This document shows, in pieces, positions 36,930-41,176 of a stretch of 41,176 bases of DNA. Position numbers and translations under genes: made by a program. The stretch is from a virus (taxonomy: Duplodnaviria; Caudoviricetes): positions 1-41,176 of the IMG/VR virus record IMGVR_UViG_3300029317_000047; one strand, written 5' to 3'. The notes below the pieces were generated by a model. The model was not told the DNA's origin, searched no databases, and saw only the letters and a program-made list of their open reading frames with translations. The number at the start of each line of letters is the position of its first letter. Positions within the stretch are counted from its first letter, which is position 1.

Positions 36930-37691
36930 ATGAACTTTTTATTAAAAAAAATACCCTACTCATTAGAGATAATGTACAGAATCATTGTAATGTTGGCATT
37001 AGCTATATTTACAATGATTTCTTCCGCATTATATGTTGCCTGGCTGGTTGAAGACTTAGATACAATTATTAAATTACTTATACCATTAGGAGTACTGTTG
37101 TCAGCAGGATTAGCAGCAATGAGTGTATTTATGGGAATTAAGAATTCCAATAAAATTGAAAAAGAAAAAAAAGAATTTGAAATATCAGAGTTTTATTTAA
37201 ATAATTCACTTGTTGAATTAAATAATGTTTATAAAATTTTAAAGGATAAAAACAATGACAGAGTAACTTGGTTATTGGCAGCACGAGTTTTAAAATTATC
37301 GTTTGAACTTTCTGAAAATATAACAGACCAGAACCATAAGAAAGTATATGAATTACAAAAGTTTCAGATTAGACATAATATAAGTGATGTTTTCACTAAA
37401 GATGGCGCACTTGAGATTAGGTTTTTTTCAGGTCTAAGGATGAATGGTCCAATCTTAGAATCTAAAATCGAACATGAAGTTAATGGCGTTTCCTCTCGCA
37501 ATAGATTATCTGAAGAAAGTGTTTATATTATATTTAGTTTTTTGGAATATGAAGATAGTTTTGATGATCCTATTGAAGATATTCAACTTCCTACTACAGA
37601 AGATGAACTAGACATATGGAAATTAAAAGGTAATATTTCGGATACGAAACAGAGTGCATCGGAATATATAAAAATTAGAAAACAATTATAA
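36930..37691 (+). CDS. Two-TM membrane protein coupled to the KAP NTPase
   Basis: ATG 1 nt after the NTPase stop; two N-terminal hydrophobic helices; NNDRVTWLLAARVL motif. Confidence 0.75.
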   Translation: MNFLLKKIPYSLEIMYRIIVMLALAIFTMISSALYVAWLVEDLDTIIKLLIPLGVLLSAGLAAMSVFMGIKNSNKIEKEKKEFEISEFYLNNSLVELNNVYKILKDKNNDRVTWLLAARVLKLSFELSENITDQNHKKVYELQKFQIRHNISDVFTKDGALEIRFFSGLRMNGPILESKIEHEVNGVSSRNRLSEESVYIIFSFLEYEDSFDDPIEDIQLPTTEDELDIWKLKGNISDTKQSASEYIKIRKQL

Positions 37692-37704
37692 ACAAGGAAA
37701 CATA

Positions 37705-37881
37705 ATGAGAAAAGAATATAAGGTAAAATTCACCGTAAAGGGTAAAGTTGAAATACAAGAAGAAATAATTAACGTGCCTGTAGGGGCAATTAAGTCTGAC
37801 AATGATGCAAAATCTTACTTACTTCCGTATGAATATGATGTTGATGAGATTCTAAGTTGTAGAGAACAAAGAGATAATTAA
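37705..37881 (+). CDS. Hypothetical 58-aa protein (not in the ORF track)
   Basis: AAGGA RBS; MRKEYKVKFTVKGKVE...EQRDN*. Confidence 0.65.
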   Translation: MRKEYKVKFTVKGKVEIQEEIINVPVGAIKSDNDAKSYLLPYEYDVDEILSCREQRDN

Positions 37882-37932
37882 AAATTAATATAGTGTCAAA
37901 TAATTTATCAAGTAATTAAAAAAGGAAAATAC

Positions 37933-38181
37933 ATGTCAAGAGGAATTTGTCCAGAATGTGGATCTTCAAATATTGGAAGAGAAATAAAAATGATGGATAC
38001 GGGTGACTATGAATGTCATGATTGTAACTACGTCGATATGCGTGTAAAGTTCAAAGAAGTGCTAATTAAAGATATAGATGAAGCCGTTTCGGGTTTAAAT
38101 ATTTATGGTGACTCATTTGAAAGTCGTATTCACCCTTCAATAAAAAAAGAAGCTTGGGAAAAATGGAAAATAAATAAATAA
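37933..38181 (+). CDS. Zinc-ribbon protein
   Basis: CPECGS...TGDYECHDC; RBS present. Confidence 0.75.
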   Translation: MSRGICPECGSSNIGREIKMMDTGDYECHDCNYVDMRVKFKEVLIKDIDEAVSGLNIYGDSFESRIHPSIKKEAWEKWKINK

Positions 38182-38211
38182 ATAAATAATACGAAAATAC
38201 ACAGATATACG

Positions 38212-38245
38212 AAAAGGCTATAACTTAAGGTTGTAGCCTTTTTTT
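38212..38245. terminator. Bidirectional intrinsic terminator
   Basis: AAAAGGCTATAAC-TTAAG-GTTGTAGCCTTTTTTT. Confidence 0.85.
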
Positions 38246-38342
38246 ATGTTTGAAAATAAAGCTTCAGCAATTCATAAATGAAAGTAATAAGTTCAAACAC
38301 TTTCCAATAGTTATCTTTCAACCAATCAATTAATTTACGCAT
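38244..38342 (-). CDS. 32-aa amphipathic/hydrophobic peptide (not in the ORF track)
   Basis: AAAGGA RBS; MRKLIDWLKDNYWKVFELITFIYELLKLYFQT*; the stop runs directly into the terminator. Confidence 0.6.
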   Translation of the reverse strand: MRKLIDWLKDNYWKVFELITFIYELLKLYFQT

Positions 38343-38514
38343 TTCAATCCTTTTATTTTATTCACTGAGAATAGTTCAAACACTCTCTAATTTGTTCTTC
38401 TGAAAGTAGTTTAGAACATCTACTGGCAATTTGTAGGTAAGGTATTTTAATAAAAGGTGCGGAAATTAGAGAGTACGGAAATAAAAAAATTTAGAAATTT
38501 AATAAGGAAAATAA

Positions 38515-39178
38515 ATGAGTATTAATGAGAAACCTAAAAGAATTAAAGTACTAAACCTTTACGCAGGTATTGGCGGTAATCGTCAAAAATGGGGGGGGCA
38601 ACATAGAAGTAACTGCAGTTGAATACAATGAAGATATTGCAGCAGTATATAAAGACTTCTATCCTGGAGACATGGTAATTGTTGGAGATGCACATGAGTA
38701 TCTATTAAAACATTACATGGAATTTGATTATATATTTAGTTCTCCACCTTGTCCGACTCATAGTGACATGCGAAGATGTGCAGTACATAAAGGACAAAAT
38801 GAAGCTTTGTACCCAGATATGAAGTTATATGAAGAAATAATACTGCTTCAAAACTTTGCTCCTAAAGATTGTAAATGGGTAATAGAAAATGTTAAGCCCT
38901 ATTACACTCCTTTAATCCGTCCAACAATTGAAATTCATAGACATTTATTTTGGAGTAATGGAAAAATTTCAAATACAATAATTGAAAGTGATGTTCAGCT
39001 TGAAAAAGTACATGACAATAGTACTGTGTTTGGAATCAACTTAAAAAAATATGATATGCCAAGTGTCAAGTATAAAAAACAAGTATTGAGAAATATGATT
39101 AATCCGGTACTAGGAAAGCATATATTTGATTGTTTGTTTGAAACAGAAATTAAAGTGCAAGGATTATTTGAGTTTTAA
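38515..39178 (+). pseudogene. C5-cytosine DNA methyltransferase frameshifted at a G8 tract (possible phase-OFF state)
   Basis: ATG at 38515 (AAGGA RBS) gives motif I LNLYAGIGG and then a stop at 38620-38622; motifs IV (SPPCPTHS) and VI (IENV) are in the +1 frame; G8 at 38591-38598. Confidence 0.85.
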
Positions 39179-39200
39179 CAAGCCAAAGAAAGGCTTGTTA
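39176..39200. terminator. Hairpin between convergent genes
   Basis: TAACAAGCC-AAAGAAA-GGCTTGTTA. Confidence 0.6.
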
Positions 39201-39205
39201 TATAA

Positions 39206-39505
39206 CTACTTTATAGATATTCTAGAAATGGTAAAAGTACCATAGCTTGAAATATTATTTAAAATCTTTTTGTGTGATGAAGAAGATGCAAGACTTTGTT
39301 GACTTTCAGACAAGCTTCCAATTGTGTTTATCATAATCTTATTTATTTGCTTAACTTTGTATTCCACTAAATCATACTGATTAGTAACGCAAAGTTCGAT
39401 ATTTTTCAAACCACCTTCATTAACCAATGTTTCAACACACGTGCCTTTTTGACCTGCAAAAGCAACCCCAGTAACTACTAATAAACCCAATATGATTTTT
39501 TTCAT
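39206..39505 (-). CDS. Secreted two-Cys protein, paralogue B
   Basis: MKKIILGLLVVTGVAFA signal peptide from the ATG at 39505; TCVETL and LCV motifs. Confidence 0.75.
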   Translation of the reverse strand: MKKIILGLLVVTGVAFAGQKGTCVETLVNEGGLKNIELCVTNQYDLVEYKVKQINKIMINTIGSLSESQQSLASSSSHKKILNNISSYGTFTISRISIK

Positions 39506-39816
39506 ATTTTTTCCCTTTATTTTAAAGTGAGTTAAAAACTCTAAGAATACTATACACATAAACTATAAAATGAAACTGAAATTGTAAGAAAATAGAAATA
39601 ATTAAAAACAAGGAAAGCCCATGAGAATACAAACCGAATAGTTATTACGCAATTGGAGAGAATTGCATTACTAAAAGAAGAAATCCATGAAAAAGACAAA
39701 AGTACAAAAGGCCCTAAAATTTAGGGATAAGTTAAAAGTAAAAATAAAGTTTTCAGCAGCGTTTCTATTTTTAGAAATAGTGTTGGATAAATTTCTAATT
39801 CAATAAGGAGAAAGTT

Positions 39817-40128
39817 ATGAGTTATAACCCTGCAAATGAAGGAAGTAATTTTAGTGTATTTGAAAACCTTGCTATTATTCCAGAACTAATGGAAGAAATA
39901 AAAGCTATGAGACTTGAAATAAAAGAGTTGAAAAAAACCAATATAAGACCTATTGATTTGACTAAATCTTCAGGAGTAAAAAAGTATTTAGAAATATCTC
40001 AAAGCACTTTAAATAGGATGATTGAAGATGGTAGATTAAAAGATGGTATTCACTACACCAAAGAAATTATAAAAAATCGTGTTAATATTACGTATGTAGA
40101 AAATGCGATTATTACCTACAAAGGATAA
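39817..40128 (+). CDS. xis: Excisionase-like HTH protein
   Basis: VKKYLEISQSTLNRMIEDGRL HTH; directly upstream of the integrase. Confidence 0.7.
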   Translation: MSYNPANEGSNFSVFENLAIIPELMEEIKAMRLEIKELKKTNIRPIDLTKSSGVKKYLEISQSTLNRMIEDGRLKDGIHYTKEIIKNRVNITYVENAIITYKG

Positions 40129-40132
40129 GTAA

Positions 40133-41176
40133 ATGACCTTTTATAATCGCAAAGGGATGTTGTATGCCCGAATTAATGGTAAGAGAGTATCTACCAAATT
40201 AAAAGATACAAAAGCAAACAGAAAGTTATTTGAGAGTTACGCCAAAAATGACGAGTTCTTTAACAAATTTAAGATAAATAGTAGTATCCCAACACTAGTA
40301 GAACTATGTGAGGACGTTTTAAATGATTTGGAAATGACTTTAGAATCGACCTCATATAGAGCATATCGCAGTATGTTTAATAGTCGTATTGTACCATATT
40401 TTGCCAAAATGCTACCAACAGAAGTTAAGCCAATTACTATAAAGGAATGGTATAAAACTTTTACTGATAAAAATAGCATTGTAACTTGTGAAGCAATTTT
40501 AAAACGTGCAATTGAAAATGCAGTTCTAAGTGAGTATATTGAAACAACTCCTTTTATCATTAAGAAACCTACACTTAAAAGTCAGTATGAAATTAATCCT
40601 TTTACAATTGAAGAAATTAAAAGGATTTTAGATTACAAAGACAAATCGCTTAAAAACTTTTTAGGAGTAGCTTTTTTTACTGGTTTAAGGACAGGAGAAA
40701 TTTGTGGCTTGAAATGGTCTGATATTGACTTTAAAAACAAAAAAATGTCAATAGAAAGACAAATCACAAATGGAGAAGAGAAAAAGCCAAAAACTAAAAG
40801 TTCAAAAGCTAAGATTGATTTACCTATTGAATCGTTGCCCTACTTTAAAGAGCAACAATTAAAAACGGGATTGAGAGAATATATTTTTTATTCTTCAAAG
40901 GATCAAAAACCTTTTCAATCTAGTTCAACATTCTTTAATCCATTTAAAAAAATATTACTTGACTTAGAGATTGAATATAGAAGTATTTATCAAACTCGTC
41001 ATACTTTTGCATCAATTAGATTAAGTTTAGGCGAGAGGTTAGAATGGGTAAGTTATATGTTACGTCATAAATCTCCAAATATAACACAAGAAATCTATTT
41101 TAAATATATGCCTGAGTTGGATACCAATAGAGTAATAATTAATATGGATACGACACAAAATCGACACAGTAGTTAA
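40133..41176 (+). CDS. int: Tyrosine integrase
   Basis: TGLRTGEICGLKWSDID, PKT, YQTRHTFAS, LRH...ITQEIY catalytic boxes. Confidence 0.95.
   Translation: MTFYNRKGMLYARINGKRVSTKLKDTKANRKLFESYAKNDEFFNKFKINSSIPTLVELCEDVLNDLEMTLESTSYRAYRSMFNSRIVPYFAKMLPTEVKPITIKEWYKTFTDKNSIVTCEAILKRAIENAVLSEYIETTPFIIKKPTLKSQYEINPFTIEEIKRILDYKDKSLKNFLGVAFFTGLRTGEICGLKWSDIDFKNKKMSIERQITNGEEKKPKTKSSKAKIDLPIESLPYFKEQQLKTGLREYIFYSSKDQKPFQSSSTFFNPFKKILLDLEIEYRSIYQTRHTFASIRLSLGERLEWVSYMLRHKSPNITQEIYFKYMPELDTNRVIINMDTTQNRHSS
41152..41168 (+). repeat. Right att-region repeat within the 3' end of int
   Basis: GACACAAAATCGACACA, identical to 238-254. Confidence 0.8.

Larger units (their letters stand above)
225..41176. mobile_element. 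Lambda-like temperate siphovirus prophage, apparently complete
   Basis: Ordered integrase, repressor, replication, terminase, portal, capsid, tail and lysis modules, with a GACACAAAATCGACACA repeat at both ends. Confidence 0.95.

Noticed and set aside
38169-38189. (ATAA)n microsatellite at the end of the zinc-ribbon gene
   Set aside because: It is short, AT-only and spans the stop codon, with no evident functional effect.
38570-39178. ORF-track 202-aa protein as a complete gene
   Set aside because: It lacks an RBS and motif I; it is the downstream frame of the frameshifted methyltransferase starting at 38515.
39621-39730. RBS plus ATG upstream of xis
   Set aside because: It stops after six codons; probably a gene remnant.

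Overview
The window is an apparently complete, AT-rich lambda-like temperate siphovirus prophage of about 41 kb. The host is probably a Campylobacterota bacterium (inferred from the DnaB N-terminus, TG-n-TATAAT promoters preceded by TTAAG, and a poly-G tract). Left to right: a stub of a flanking secreted-protein gene; integrase arm-type repeats; a moron cluster; a minus-strand late region (lysis, tail fibre, J-K-L-M, tape measure, G/GT frameshift, tail tube, E/D/C/portal/W head genes, TerL, TerS, cos); replication and immunity genes (O-like with iterons, DnaB, CII-like, Cro-like, CI with ATTAC-N7-GTAAT operators); a rightward early region full of accessory genes and hairpin arrays; xis and a tyrosine integrase. 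The best candidate for an undescribed system is an opposite-strand cassette inserted between TerL and gpW. It encodes a CAP12/Pycsar-type TIR protein and a BECR-fold nuclease-like protein, followed by a GC-rich structured non-coding segment with its own convergent promoter, which may be an RNA antitoxin. Other notable items are a C5 DNA methyltransferase frameshifted at a G8 tract (possible phase variation), a KAP NTPase plus membrane protein pair, two paralogous secreted proteins with a possible FliL/SPFH-like fold, two small antisense membrane peptides missed by the ORF track, and two covarying 35-nt hairpins. Family assignments come from motif recognition by eye; no database searches were run.
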